Positions 27,802 to 37,791 of a stretch of DNA of 64,000 bases are shown piece after piece. Numbering within the stretch: the first letter of the stretch is position 1; every line of letters starts with the position of its first letter. The notes under the pieces are model-generated. The model was not told where the DNA came from. It did no database searches and saw nothing but the letters and a program-made list of their open reading frames with translations. Location: assembly GCA_018060845.1 (NCBI GenBank), contig JAGOVG010000001.1:86070-150069 (forward strand), written 5' to 3'. The DNA comes from Candidatus Woesebacteria bacterium. Its GTDB lineage: Bacteria; Patescibacteriota; Microgenomatia; UBA1400; UBA12108. A program made the translations under genes and the position numbers.

Positions 27802-28680
27802 TTAGCGATCTTTAGCTTTTTCTGCCTTTAGATATGGATTGGGCATCCAGGACTCAATCATGTCCTTGGTAACTGGATCTGCCAACTTCCAGAGCGCTTG
27901 GTGGAGAGAGATCAATGAACTTGCGAGATTACTGCTTCTGATTTTGATTCCCCAGACTTCTTTGTCTTTGACTGAGACTATCCAGACACGATCGCCTTTG
28001 AGCCGGACCATAATATTAAAGTTTTGCATCTCAAATGGGAGGTAGCGAAACTGAGCACGATCTAGGTAGTGAGGGTTGCGCTCGACCTGATAAGAGAGGA
28101 CGTGTTTGGTCCAGTCGGTCATTGGGGTTAGATTGTACTCAATCCCCCTCCCACCCACACGTTTTTTAATACCTCGATCAACCCCTTTGTTCATTTCTAC
28201 CCCACCGGTCGCATCCATCGGGACTTGATAATCAAAAACATAGGAATCTTCATCGACTCCGTCGTAGTCAAACATGACGTAGTTGGCGCCCTCCATTCCT
28301 GGGAAAAACTGAAAATCAGAATCTGTTGTGTCTTTGAGATATTCTTTTTTTAGCCAAGGGAGGATTTCAACAATATCAACTTCCTGAGAATTTAGTGATT
28401 TTTGTTTGGTGTGAATGATGTCTCTGAGGACGCTCGGGTTTTTGACTATCACCTTGGTTTGCTGCTTCATGAGCCCCGTTGCACTCTCTAGTTCGACCAG
28501 ACCCTTTAGAGCGAGATCAGTTAAGACGGCATAGACAGTGGTACGAGCGATCCCGGTCGCTTTGGCAATTTTGAATGGCGAAGTTTGACCTAGCTCCACA
28601 GCTTTTTGGTAAACAATGGCTTCGTTGTCTGACAAGCCAAAGTTTTTTAAGACTTCGATTGTACGTTTTTGATAATCCAT
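27802..28680 (-). CDS. TrmB-family transcriptional regulator (paralog 1 of 4)
   Basis: N-terminal HTH with LGLSDNEAIVYQKAVELGQTSPFKIAKATGIARTTVYAVLTDLALKGLV. C-terminal TrmB-like effector domain. Confidence 0.65.
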   Translation of the reverse strand: MDYQKRTIEVLKNFGLSDNEAIVYQKAVELGQTSPFKIAKATGIARTTVYAVLTDLALKGLVELESATGLMKQQTKVIVKNPSVLRDIIHTKQKSLNSQEVDIVEILPWLKKEYLKDTTDSDFQFFPGMEGANYVMFDYDGVDEDSYVFDYQVPMDATGGVEMNKGVDRGIKKRVGGRGIEYNLTPMTDWTKHVLSYQVERNPHYLDRAQFRYLPFEMQNFNIMVRLKGDRVWIVSVKDKEVWGIKIRSSNLASSLISLHQALWKLADPVTKDMIESWMPNPYLKAEKAKDR

Positions 28681-28779
28681 TTTTCCCTCCCCTACTGTTG
28701 TTTACTGACGACAGTGATCGTCACTTTTGACACTAAGTATAGCAGGGGAGTAGGATACGAGCAACTATGGAGGATAGAT

Positions 28780-29553
28780 ATGTGCACGCAAGCAGTAAAG
28801 AGAGTAAATAATACCTGGTACCTTATGAAGACCCGTGACCCAGTGTCATGGATGCGGCACGAGGATGAGATCAAGCTCTTTGACTCCCCTACTGATAAGT
28901 ACCGCAAGCTGATTATCCAGAACCCAGTGCCTTACGAGGATGGATATTATGGAGGGATTAATGAGCAGGGAGTGGCCTTTATCTCGACATTTGTCAGAAC
29001 TAGCGAAGACCAGATCAGTTATATTCGCAAGCCATATATCAGGTTAATTTTGAATGCTGCTACTGCCAAAGAAGCTGTCGAGATAATCAAGAGCTTTAAC
29101 CCAAAAATTGGTGGGAATATGTTTGTCGCAGATCCAGATGAGTGTTACGGGATAGAAGCTACAGCTCATGAATACTTTGTCGAGCAGATCGATGATCAAG
29201 CAGTAAAGGCTAATCATTTTTGTCATATACCTGATCGGAATATCAACTTTAACAATGATCCAGAGTTTGAGATATGGAGTAAGACGCATGAGACCAGAGC
29301 TACAGAACTTGTTGCAGAGGTAGTTACTCTAGATGATTGCGAGCAACTACTGTCAGACCGAGCTAACAGTGGTACTAAACGGGCGATCTGTACCACACCA
29401 GAAGAAGCCCCGGTATATACCTACTCAGCGTTCGTGCTTGATACTAATAACAAGGTGGTGAGATATGCACAGGGATGCCCGGGTATAGTCGGGTTTAAGG
29501 AGTATTCGTTTAAGAAACCACCAAAGAACACTGCGACAGAACAGGTCGACTAG
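28780..29553 (+). CDS. Ntn-hydrolase-like protein (choloylglycine hydrolase / linear amide C-N hydrolase family-like)
   Basis: N-terminal MCTQAV with Cys2 as putative nucleophile, followed by an R-D pair (KTRD) as in CBAH/PVA enzymes. GGAGG RBS 7 nt upstream. Start trimmed from the longer ORF at 28669. Confidence 0.4.
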   Translation: MCTQAVKRVNNTWYLMKTRDPVSWMRHEDEIKLFDSPTDKYRKLIIQNPVPYEDGYYGGINEQGVAFISTFVRTSEDQISYIRKPYIRLILNAATAKEAVEIIKSFNPKIGGNMFVADPDECYGIEATAHEYFVEQIDDQAVKANHFCHIPDRNINFNNDPEFEIWSKTHETRATELVAEVVTLDDCEQLLSDRANSGTKRAICTTPEEAPVYTYSAFVLDTNNKVVRYAQGCPGIVGFKEYSFKKPPKNTATEQVD

Positions 29554-29568
29554 ATTACAATAACTCAC

Positions 29569-30756
29569 ATGGCAATAATCAAGATAGCAGAGCGAAATAT
29601 TCAAACTTTCTTTTATACCGAGGGGTTTAGGAGTCTGGTTTTTACAATCCCTGTCTGGATAGCATATCTACAGGAGCGGATCTCGATCCCACAGATATCA
29701 CTGTACCTGGCTATTGGATTTGCCACCCAGCTCATCCTAGAGCTGCCAACGGGAGCACTAGCAGACCTAATCGGGAGACGTAAAACCGTTATTCTGGGTC
29801 ACCTAATCGACTTTGTGCAGTACGGATTGTTTGCATTCGCCGTAACATTTCCCCAATTTGCTGTCCTCTCTGTTTTGTCTGGGACAGCTGAGGCGCTTCG
29901 CTCTGGGTCGCTCGAAGCACTGGTGTATGACTCGCTCAAACAGGAAAAACGGGAATCGGAGTTCCAATCCGTGATGGCAAAAATTGGTAAATGGTTCCAG
30001 ATAGGGCTGATGACTGGGACACTGCTCGGTGGCTTTATGGCGAGCTGGTGGGTGGCCCTGCCTTACCTGGCATCGTCTTTTGCCGTCTTTTGTGCAGGGA
30101 TCTGTGCCACGCGCTTTGTTGAGCCAACAATTGATAGCGAGAAGTTTGGGCTGCGCAACTACCTCCGACAAATTAAGTGGGGAGCGATAGAAGCCTTTAA
30201 GACCCAGAAGCACCGGGATATGTCGCTGTACTACATAGCTGTTGGGTCAATTACCTGGCTGTGTGCCACCTATTTTAACGATTCGATGTTGATTACCCTC
30301 GGCTTTGGTGGTGAAGAGCGCGGGATGATAGCGGCAGCACTAAGACTAATTAATGTGGTCGTGATAGCCAAACTACTGACTCAAGAAAAGTTATTCGATT
30401 TTCGCCGGACGATCATGTTCTTTCCTATCCTTATGTCTTTGGCATTACTACCCGGGTGGTGGCTGCAGGGATACTGGGGAGTCCCGTTTGTGGGTATGGC
30501 GATGATGGCTTCGACTGCTCGGTGGATACTGCTCGGCAAATATACTAACGCGGTTTTTTCCTCTAAATATCGGGCAACGGCGATCTCGGCCCTGTCTATG
30601 GCAATTAGTGTCATCTATATTTTAGGGGTAGTCTTGGCGGGACTGATCATGGGCAAGTACGGAGACACGAGACTCATATATAGTCTACTCGGGTTAATCA
30701 CAGTGTTCACTGTACCTTATCTTGGATACAGGCTAGTTGCAAATAAAGCTCGTTAA
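29569..30756 (+). CDS. MFS transporter (paralog)
   Basis: 12-TM profile. Motif LPTGALADLIGRRKTVILG (MFS loop 2-3 signature). Confidence 0.75.
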   Translation: MAIIKIAERNIQTFFYTEGFRSLVFTIPVWIAYLQERISIPQISLYLAIGFATQLILELPTGALADLIGRRKTVILGHLIDFVQYGLFAFAVTFPQFAVLSVLSGTAEALRSGSLEALVYDSLKQEKRESEFQSVMAKIGKWFQIGLMTGTLLGGFMASWWVALPYLASSFAVFCAGICATRFVEPTIDSEKFGLRNYLRQIKWGAIEAFKTQKHRDMSLYYIAVGSITWLCATYFNDSMLITLGFGGEERGMIAAALRLINVVVIAKLLTQEKLFDFRRTIMFFPILMSLALLPGWWLQGYWGVPFVGMAMMASTARWILLGKYTNAVFSSKYRATAISALSMAISVIYILGVVLAGLIMGKYGDTRLIYSLLGLITVFTVPYLGYRLVANKAR

Positions 30757-31607
30757 ATTAGTAAAACTGCACCAATAAAAGCCAAAACTGACCCAATTAT
30801 TTTATTGGGGATTCTGTTTCGCTCTTTGAGAAAAATGTAGCTGAGAATTGTTGTAGTAATAATACTTAATTGTTGTAGCGGTGAGATGATACTGGCCATA
30901 CCTCCTGCCTTGTAAGCTCCAAATATTGTGATGGAGGAAAGTGAATAAATGATACAGCATATTATCAGTTTTGCGAGAGTAGCTCTGTCGAAGTAGTGCG
31001 GGATAGCTTTTATTGAAGATGGTTTTACAAATAGTGTGAATATCCCAGGAAGAGTGAATGCTACAATCATATATGATGCAATGCTGTTGTATCGGCCAAT
31101 AATATAGGCGTCATTTATAAATGCAACACCAAATAGAAATGCACCCGCTGCTGCATAAAGGTGACCCAAGCTTAGCTTCCATTTTGATCGAGTAATATTG
31201 ATCACCACTATCCCACTGACTATTAATAAAATGCCTAGGTAGTTAGAGACCTTTAAGCGCTCTCCCAACAATACTGAGGCAGAAATGATTGCCCATATAG
31301 AGCTAGAGGAAAAAATGACGGCAACTTCTGAAGCATCGGCTAGTTTAAAGGCTTTGAAGGTAAATATATTGCCAAGACTGTAAAAGATGGTCATTACTAT
31401 CAGGTTTACCCATAGATCGGATATGTTGGGCAACTCTAAACTGTTGGTTGCTAAGGTATATATCAAGAATAATAGAGCAACTATTGTTTGAAACACAAAT
31501 CCTAGAGCGTAAGCGTCCCCCTGCTTGTTTGATAACAGTACCTTCTGCAACACCCTGGCAATAGAACCAAATAGTGCGCTAAGCAGTGCGAGCGTAATCC
31601 AACTCAT
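30753..31607 (-). CDS. EamA/DMT family transporter
   Basis: 10 TM helices with two EamA-like halves. AT-rich gene. Confidence 0.7.
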   Translation of the reverse strand: MSWITLALLSALFGSIARVLQKVLLSNKQGDAYALGFVFQTIVALLFLIYTLATNSLELPNISDLWVNLIVMTIFYSLGNIFTFKAFKLADASEVAVIFSSSSIWAIISASVLLGERLKVSNYLGILLIVSGIVVINITRSKWKLSLGHLYAAAGAFLFGVAFINDAYIIGRYNSIASYMIVAFTLPGIFTLFVKPSSIKAIPHYFDRATLAKLIICCIIYSLSSITIFGAYKAGGMASIISPLQQLSIITTTILSYIFLKERNRIPNKIIGSVLAFIGAVLLI

Positions 31608-31623
31608 ATGAGAATGATATCAC

Positions 31624-32817
31624 TTATCTATGCATGAATGATCTAGTTTTTGTAAATGATCTTTTTAGTGTGATTGTTAATAATATGACGACATATATCG
31701 AGAATAGCGTAGGGAGGTTTTGGATTTCAGTCATGTAGGCGAAGGCCATGGTCAGAAAGATATATGGTATCTGACTAAATAGTGCGAGAGTGGAGAGAGT
31801 GGTTGCGCGGTGTTTGGAGTCTGTATGCTCGTTGATAATGGTAGAGGTTAAGGGCTTAACGACATTCTCAATACTATTAATGATTAGGTAGTATGCTGCG
31901 CCAATTAGAGGGTTATTTGTTGTGGCGGCAACTAGAAAAGCAAGCGTGAAAGCAAGTAGACTAAATGTTGTTAATTTCTGATCTCCGAATCGTATGCGAA
32001 GTTGTGCAAATTTAAATGATACATAGATGGCGGGAATTGAGATCGCAGCAAATAGGTATCCGAATGTCTCACCGGAGTAGCCAAAATAAGCGGCGGTCGA
32101 CTGGCGAACAATACCTTGGTAGAGCTTAATGAAGGTGGCAAAGGTAAAGAGAGACAACAAGTATGGTCTAAGATTGTTATTAAAAAGTGTGATAGTCCCC
32201 TCTTTAAGATGCGCTAGGTAGTTACGAAAATTAAACCTGACAGTGTCTACTTTAGGTTCTTTCATAAAAATGAGAATAAGAATTGAGAAGATTAGAAAGA
32301 TTGTCCACGCATAAAATGGATAGGTGGGACTCTGGCCATAGAGATAGCCACCAATAACGGTTGAGAAAAGAGTGGCAGAAATGGTGATCGAAGATGATTT
32401 ACCAATAACTTCGGAATATTTGTCTGCTTTCTTTTTTTCTTTGAGGGAATCGTAGGCTAGAGCTTCGGTTGCGCCAGAGTGAAAAGCAAAACCAATAAAC
32501 ATAATTGAGTTACCAATGAGGAAGTGTTCGAATTGAGTAGAGTTAACAAGTATTAGACAGGAGATTAGTTGAAAGAGGCTTCCCATAATCAAAGTGTTGC
32601 GTTTACCTAAAAGGTCTGCGAGTACGCCTGAGGGAACTTCCATGATAATACCTATCAAGACTGCGATTCCTTCGACTAGTCCTACTTGGCTCTGTGAAAT
32701 ATACTGGCGGAAGTAGAATACCCAATTGGGGAGAATAAACCAGCCGTTAATGAACAAAGTTAACCAATAAAAGAGCCGAATATTGCTGATGCCGAAATAA
32801 GGGAAGTGTCTTTTCAT
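31624..32817 (-). CDS. MFS transporter (paralog)
   Basis: VPSGVLADLLGKRNTLIMG, 12 TM. Start set at MKRHF (GGGGGA RBS), 13 nt after the upstream stop. Confidence 0.75.
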   Translation of the reverse strand: MKRHFPYFGISNIRLFYWLTLFINGWFILPNWVFYFRQYISQSQVGLVEGIAVLIGIIMEVPSGVLADLLGKRNTLIMGSLFQLISCLILVNSTQFEHFLIGNSIMFIGFAFHSGATEALAYDSLKEKKKADKYSEVIGKSSSITISATLFSTVIGGYLYGQSPTYPFYAWTIFLIFSILILIFMKEPKVDTVRFNFRNYLAHLKEGTITLFNNNLRPYLLSLFTFATFIKLYQGIVRQSTAAYFGYSGETFGYLFAAISIPAIYVSFKFAQLRIRFGDQKLTTFSLLAFTLAFLVAATTNNPLIGAAYYLIINSIENVVKPLTSTIINEHTDSKHRATTLSTLALFSQIPYIFLTMAFAYMTEIQNLPTLFSIYVVILLTITLKRSFTKTRSFMHR

Positions 32818-32830
32818 AAATCCCCCGTCA

Positions 32831-33703
32831 CTATGATTTTTGGAAGATTTTTGATGGTAAGTTACCAATGATAATTGCTATAACGATTAACAATCCACCA
32901 TATAAATCTGTGGTGCTAGGAATTTCGGCAAAAAGTAGGTAGCCAAATAGAGTTGCAAACACGACTTCAGAAGAGATAGCTATAGTGCCTAGGTTTAAGT
33001 CAAAGTGTTGAAAACCATAGAGTAGTAGGTAGTTAACACTAAAGAGTAGAGCCCCAAAAATAATACCTACTACCCAGCTAGATGTAGTTATTGTGGGAAT
33101 TTGAAATGTTGCTGATTGGATCATAAAAATAGTTGCGACTATTATTCCCCCGATTTGTGGAATTAATGTCAAAACTACGCGATTTATTTTGCCTGACAGG
33201 TGTTTTCGGAAAGAATTGGAGACCACATCAAACAAACCGCCAACTATTCCTAATAGTATTCCAACATTAAATGAGTCAAATCCTTTTGCAAAGAAAGAAA
33301 ATCCGACCACTACCAACGCAAGGCTAAGAGCTTTTTGTAATGTAATTGTTTCTTTAAACACCAACATCCCAATTAAAAGAGAAGAGAAAATAGAACCTAG
33401 ATAAAACGAGAATATTGATAACATTATTGTGGTATTGAGAACAGATAGTGTGTAGCAAATGACGCCTATTGGAAAGGAGATACCAAATAGTAGTAGATAT
33501 TTAGGCGATACTCCCTCAAAATTGAGCTTTATTTTGGTAGTTATAATGATTAACAGGGCTACACCAAGAGCCATAACATTTCGAAAAGCAATTTGTTGGT
33601 AAGATGATAGATCGACAGACAAAAGTCTAACCCACACACCAAACGAGCCAAAAATAAGGCCTGCAAAAATTAGTGAGAGTAATCCAAGAGTTGATCGTTT
33701 CAT
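32831..33703 (-). CDS. EamA/DMT family transporter
   Basis: 10 TM, EamA repeats. Confidence 0.7.
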   Translation of the reverse strand: MKRSTLGLLSLIFAGLIFGSFGVWVRLLSVDLSSYQQIAFRNVMALGVALLIIITTKIKLNFEGVSPKYLLLFGISFPIGVICYTLSVLNTTIMLSIFSFYLGSIFSSLLIGMLVFKETITLQKALSLALVVVGFSFFAKGFDSFNVGILLGIVGGLFDVVSNSFRKHLSGKINRVVLTLIPQIGGIIVATIFMIQSATFQIPTITTSSWVVGIIFGALLFSVNYLLLYGFQHFDLNLGTIAISSEVVFATLFGYLLFAEIPSTTDLYGGLLIVIAIIIGNLPSKIFQKS

Positions 33704-33731
33704 TGGTATATGATAACAGAAATACTATAGT

Positions 33732-34580
33732 TTAATCATTCAAGTGCGCAGCTCCGCGAGAACTGGAAATTGTAAATTTGACAGCACCTGACCAGAGATA
33801 TTCAAAGAGTTGTCGCTGCATGTCGGCGAGCTCGCTAGAGTGGATCTCGACGCAAAAAATGTCATTCCCTGTGTATTTGTACGTGCAATAGACGTCGTTG
33901 TAGATGAGGATCTCAAACTGGAAAGGTTTACCATTCGGGTCTAAGTGTTTGATCTCCCAATATTTTTCGACTATCTCGGTGACGTTGGTATACGCATCTA
34001 CTTTTGTAGCATTGGTAAGGGTGCGAATTTTAATCCGGTTGTCCACAAATCTCTGACGTAGTTTTTCGGCTTCGTACTGATCCATAAATGCGTTCATTGT
34101 GGAGAGTTCGTACGTAAGGAGTTCTCCTTTGGCTTTTAGAGAGTTATAGGTAACCTGCTTGAGACCATCTATGCCATGATAATAGAGTACCCTTGACTTG
34201 GGAGATGCACTACTTATACCTGATAGTTCGGATTGGAGCGTAGGGAAAGTTTGGCGGAGTTTCTCTAGTTCGTGCTCGCGGTCTAAGAGGAGGAATTCTA
34301 GCTGGTCTGGTAGAGTTGCGACAAAACGCATGCCCCGCTCGCCTACCCTAGTCACAATTAATTTTTTAGCGAGCAAATTGTCCAATAACCTATACACCTT
34401 TGTTCTTGCTAGTTTAATATTGCGAGAAATAGTGAGAGCTGTGTCTGCCCTTCCCGATAATATCTCCAGGTATATTTTGGCTTCTAGCTCACCAATCCCA
34501 AATTGGGTGAGAAGAGAAATAGTAGTGTCTACTTTTTCGGACATCAGATTGAATATTAACAGATTTGTGGCAGAATGCAA
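33732..34580 (-). CDS. TrmB-family transcriptional regulator (paralog 2)
   Basis: HTH GIGELEAKIYLEILSGRADTALTISRNIKLARTKVYRLLDNLLAKKLI plus TrmB-like C-terminal domain. Confidence 0.6.
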   Translation of the reverse strand: MHSATNLLIFNLMSEKVDTTISLLTQFGIGELEAKIYLEILSGRADTALTISRNIKLARTKVYRLLDNLLAKKLIVTRVGERGMRFVATLPDQLEFLLLDREHELEKLRQTFPTLQSELSGISSASPKSRVLYYHGIDGLKQVTYNSLKAKGELLTYELSTMNAFMDQYEAEKLRQRFVDNRIKIRTLTNATKVDAYTNVTEIVEKYWEIKHLDPNGKPFQFEILIYNDVYCTYKYTGNDIFCVEIHSSELADMQRQLFEYLWSGAVKFTISSSRGAAHLND

Positions 34581-34946
34581 GAAAAAGGAGGAGTTATGAC
34601 TGAGTTTGCTAAACCATTATTGGATCTGGTGCCTGGGCAAGAAGGATTACTAAAAGATGTACAGGATTTAATGCTTGTCGGTGGCATGGCAATAAAACGA
34701 ATTGATTTTGAGTCTCGCAAAAGGCTAGAGCCTGATCTAGAAGCACATGGTGCTATGAGATATTACTCGATATTAGAATTGATGAATATTTTAGCTAAGT
34801 TAGTTGAGAGTGTTGATATGCAATCTGCACGATTGGGAATATCTTCTGAGACCTGGATGGATCATCAGGGATTTCTCTTAAAAAGAGCTCAAGATTACTG
34901 TATGCTTGGGAGAGCTGAAATTGTTCGTCTACAAAATCGAGCTTAA
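34575..34946 (+). CDS. Hypothetical protein
   Basis: 123-aa ORF, no motifs. Start may be at MTEFAK. Confidence 0.3.
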   Translation: MQEKGGVMTEFAKPLLDLVPGQEGLLKDVQDLMLVGGMAIKRIDFESRKRLEPDLEAHGAMRYYSILELMNILAKLVESVDMQSARLGISSETWMDHQGFLLKRAQDYCMLGRAEIVRLQNRA

Positions 34947-34955
34947 TAACTGTTT

Positions 34956-35534
34956 ATGATTACTACTAATTTATTTTTAATATTCTCTATAGTTGCAGGA
35001 TTTGTGTCGCCAATTATCGGCGTGACTAGTGTGATTAAGGGGAGTTTCCGACCCCAGAGAATGACTAGATTCCTTATTTTCCTGGTATCTCTCTTATTTG
35101 TTGGAACGCTGTATGCTCAGGGCGACCGAAATTCTATATATATGGCGAGCGCACAACTCCTGGGGAGTGCTGTTCTTTTTTACCTATCTCTCAAGCGAGG
35201 AATGGGTGGAAACAATAGACTAGATTGGATTGTTTTCGCGATGGCGATAGTGTCTCTGGTCGTATGGCAAACGACTAACAATCCCCTATTAGGCTTGATC
35301 ATGTCGATAGTGACGGATTTTATTGGCTTTGTACCAACCTTGATTAAGACGTGGAAGTATCCAGACACAGAAGACTGGAAATTTTATATGTCAGATGTCG
35401 TGGCAAGTTTTTTTAGTATTTTGTCGATTGGAGTATTTTCGCTTAGCAACCTAGTCTTTCCGATATACATTTTTATAATAAATATTGTGAGTGTCGTGAT
35501 GATCTTGGGGAGAAAAAGACGTCTCGCCAGGTAG
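34956..35534 (+). CDS. Small polytopic membrane protein (unknown function)
   Basis: 192 aa, about 6 TM helices. Confidence 0.4.
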   Translation: MITTNLFLIFSIVAGFVSPIIGVTSVIKGSFRPQRMTRFLIFLVSLLFVGTLYAQGDRNSIYMASAQLLGSAVLFYLSLKRGMGGNNRLDWIVFAMAIVSLVVWQTTNNPLLGLIMSIVTDFIGFVPTLIKTWKYPDTEDWKFYMSDVVASFFSILSIGVFSLSNLVFPIYIFIINIVSVVMILGRKRRLAR

Positions 35535-35720
35535 TGTTTTGGTTTATCGGTTCAATAGAATTTTTAAGACAATTTCTTTAACACTTCATTTGGTTTTCCA
35601 GATATGTAGATTGTGTCGGCAGGGTTGATGCCGAGATTCGTTTGTATAGATATGTTTGGAAATATTGTTGATCTGGTGATTTGGTTGTAGTCCGAAAAGG
35701 AATTGTCCAGCGACGAATGA

Positions 35721-36470
35721 TCAGTCTGCGACGATATAGCAAAATTGTTCATAGCGCTTCCCATCTTTATCTGGTGCAAAAAAGTCAGTGGAGCCTTGAG
35801 CGTTCTCTTGAGAATATTGAGATTTGTGGCACGCGATCGCCTGAGTTCTAATCTTCTCCTGATCGGTAATATCAATAAAAATTGTATCCTCGTGTCCCCA
35901 CGAGTCGACAAAGAGAAACTCGGAGCAGGAGTGGCCTGACAACCCGTCTTTAATATGCTCGGGATAGAAGAGGAGGTCGCGACTGTAGGGATAAGCGGCA
36001 TCGACAGTCACCTCGGCGGTATGGCGGTGATCGCGGTGATTGACGTAGTATCCCCCACTCTCGTCACGGATTAGTGTTTTTTCGGGATTGTGAGTGACAA
36101 TGAGATCGGGCTTAAATTTACGGATCTCTTTGACTACTTTGCCTATTGTTTCGAGATTAGTTTCGATCTCGCCATCACCTAGATCGAGATTAACGCTGTC
36201 AGTATATTTGAGTCCTAGGACTTTGAGTGCCTCTGCATCTTCTGACTCTCTGGTTTTGGCCAGGTCGGCTTCGGAGATAGTCTCGCCGCGAGACCCCTTG
36301 TTCCCTGTCGTCATCTTAATGAGTTTTACCTGCTTACCATCTTTGGCTAGTCTTGCGATTAGTCCTCCACAATAAATCTCGGCATCGTCGGGATGAGCAA
36401 AGACAAACATAACTCTTTGTTTTTCGCTGAATATTTTGGAGTATGAATCTTGCATTTGTATATTATACAA
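35721..36470 (-). CDS. PIG-L/LmbE family deacetylase
   Basis: MFVFAHPDDAEIYCGG and a downstream HxxH context (NHRDHRHTAEV). Confidence 0.75.
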   Translation of the reverse strand: MYNIQMQDSYSKIFSEKQRVMFVFAHPDDAEIYCGGLIARLAKDGKQVKLIKMTTGNKGSRGETISEADLAKTRESEDAEALKVLGLKYTDSVNLDLGDGEIETNLETIGKVVKEIRKFKPDLIVTHNPEKTLIRDESGGYYVNHRDHRHTAEVTVDAAYPYSRDLLFYPEHIKDGLSGHSCSEFLFVDSWGHEDTIFIDITDQEKIRTQAIACHKSQYSQENAQGSTDFFAPDKDGKRYEQFCYIVAD

Positions 36471-36476
36471 CTGGAT

Positions 36477-37328
36477 CTAGCGCATGAGGTAGATGGCGAT
36501 GAGGACCAGGATGCTAGAGAAGATTTTGCGAGCTAAGGAGTCGCGCTCGCCCAGAAGGAGGATTCCAATTAAGACCACAAAAGGGGTGGTTGAGGTGGCG
36601 ATCGGCATGACGTTGCTCGCCTCCCCTAGCGTTAGCGCTTTGAGCATAAAGCCATAACCAATGAGATTAAAGAATCCAAGTACTAGGAACTGCCACCAGG
36701 GAGTGAGTTTTAGCTCTCGTACTAATTGCTTCTTTTTGATAGTTGGGAAGAATGAGCTCATGACGACTGGCGCAAAGAACGAGAACATACAAAACACCCC
36801 TACTCCCCAGGCCTTGACGTTGACGGCGTCAAAGAGCCAGGCGACTGAAAGAATGAGAGCGAGTAGTAGTGTATATCGCACACCTCTTGGATCAATTTTG
36901 GCGTGTCGGAGGTTGCCTGCTAAGAGAATAATGTTGGCCGCGACAATTAAGATAACCCCGGCGAGTTTGGAGTAAGTAAAAGTCTCTCCAAGAAAAATGA
37001 GAGCTAGGAAAAAACTTATGACAGGACCTAGTTTGATTATGATCGAGAAAACTGAGGCCTCGGTGTGTTTTTTGGCAAAGTATTCAAAACGTCCGTTGAG
37101 TCCCCAGATAACGAGACCGAGAACAGTCATAAAGATGACGTAGGGAGTGATGCCTGTGGGCATGGTCTGATCAAAGAGGAAAATAATGGGAGACATGAGG
37201 GCGACGCCTAGGTTATAGATGACGGCAAATGCCTGAGGGTTCTCGGAGCGAGTAGCTAGGTAGCGGCCAGCAACGTCGTATATGACAAAGAATGATACTG
37301 CTAGGAGGGAGAGAATAAGCCAAGACAT
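36477..37328 (-). CDS. EamA/DMT family transporter
   Basis: 10 TM, EamA repeats. Confidence 0.7.
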   Translation of the reverse strand: MSWLILSLLAVSFFVIYDVAGRYLATRSENPQAFAVIYNLGVALMSPIIFLFDQTMPTGITPYVIFMTVLGLVIWGLNGRFEYFAKKHTEASVFSIIIKLGPVISFFLALIFLGETFTYSKLAGVILIVAANIILLAGNLRHAKIDPRGVRYTLLLALILSVAWLFDAVNVKAWGVGVFCMFSFFAPVVMSSFFPTIKKKQLVRELKLTPWWQFLVLGFFNLIGYGFMLKALTLGEASNVMPIATSTTPFVVLIGILLLGERDSLARKIFSSILVLIAIYLMR

Positions 37329-37335
37329 GAATTAA

Positions 37336-37731
37336 TTATGACAGATCTTCTGGTGATTGGAGTAGTTGATTCATTGCTTGTTGGACTCTATTCGCGTCAA
37401 AACCTTCAGCTTCAATGTTTTCAACGCCAACCAACTGCAGTAAATAGACTGCCGAAGGGTAACCTCCGTCTGAGTAAAGAATTCTTTCAATGAGTTGGAA
37501 GGCGACCTGCCACGGGGGAGCGCCCGTGTAGACGTGCGAGCGAACATTGTCTGGAAAATGAGCTTCTATTAGTAATTCCCATCGTTCTTTTGCGTCAAGG
37601 GGTCCGACAAGTTCCACTAATTCTTGTTGGACTGTTATGCGTGTGGCACTGGAAATAAGACTTTTTTGAATAATCTGGAATTCGACTGATTGATCTCCTC
37701 CTCCAATGACTTCCCTATATTTGGTATTCAT
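37336..37731 (-). CDS. Hypothetical protein
   Basis: 131-aa ORF, no recognised motif. Confidence 0.3.
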   Translation of the reverse strand: MNTKYREVIGGGDQSVEFQIIQKSLISSATRITVQQELVELVGPLDAKERWELLIEAHFPDNVRSHVYTGAPPWQVAFQLIERILYSDGGYPSAVYLLQLVGVENIEAEGFDANRVQQAMNQLLQSPEDLS

Positions 37732-37791
37732 GCACGCGATTTTAGATTAATCTGGATAAGTAATATACTTGTTGTGTATAATTTGCACAGT

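Noticed and set aside
35564-36001. 145-aa minus-strand ORF overlapping the 3' part of the PIG-L deacetylase gene
   Set aside because: Out-of-frame overlap with a motif-supported gene (HPDD). Low-complexity product.
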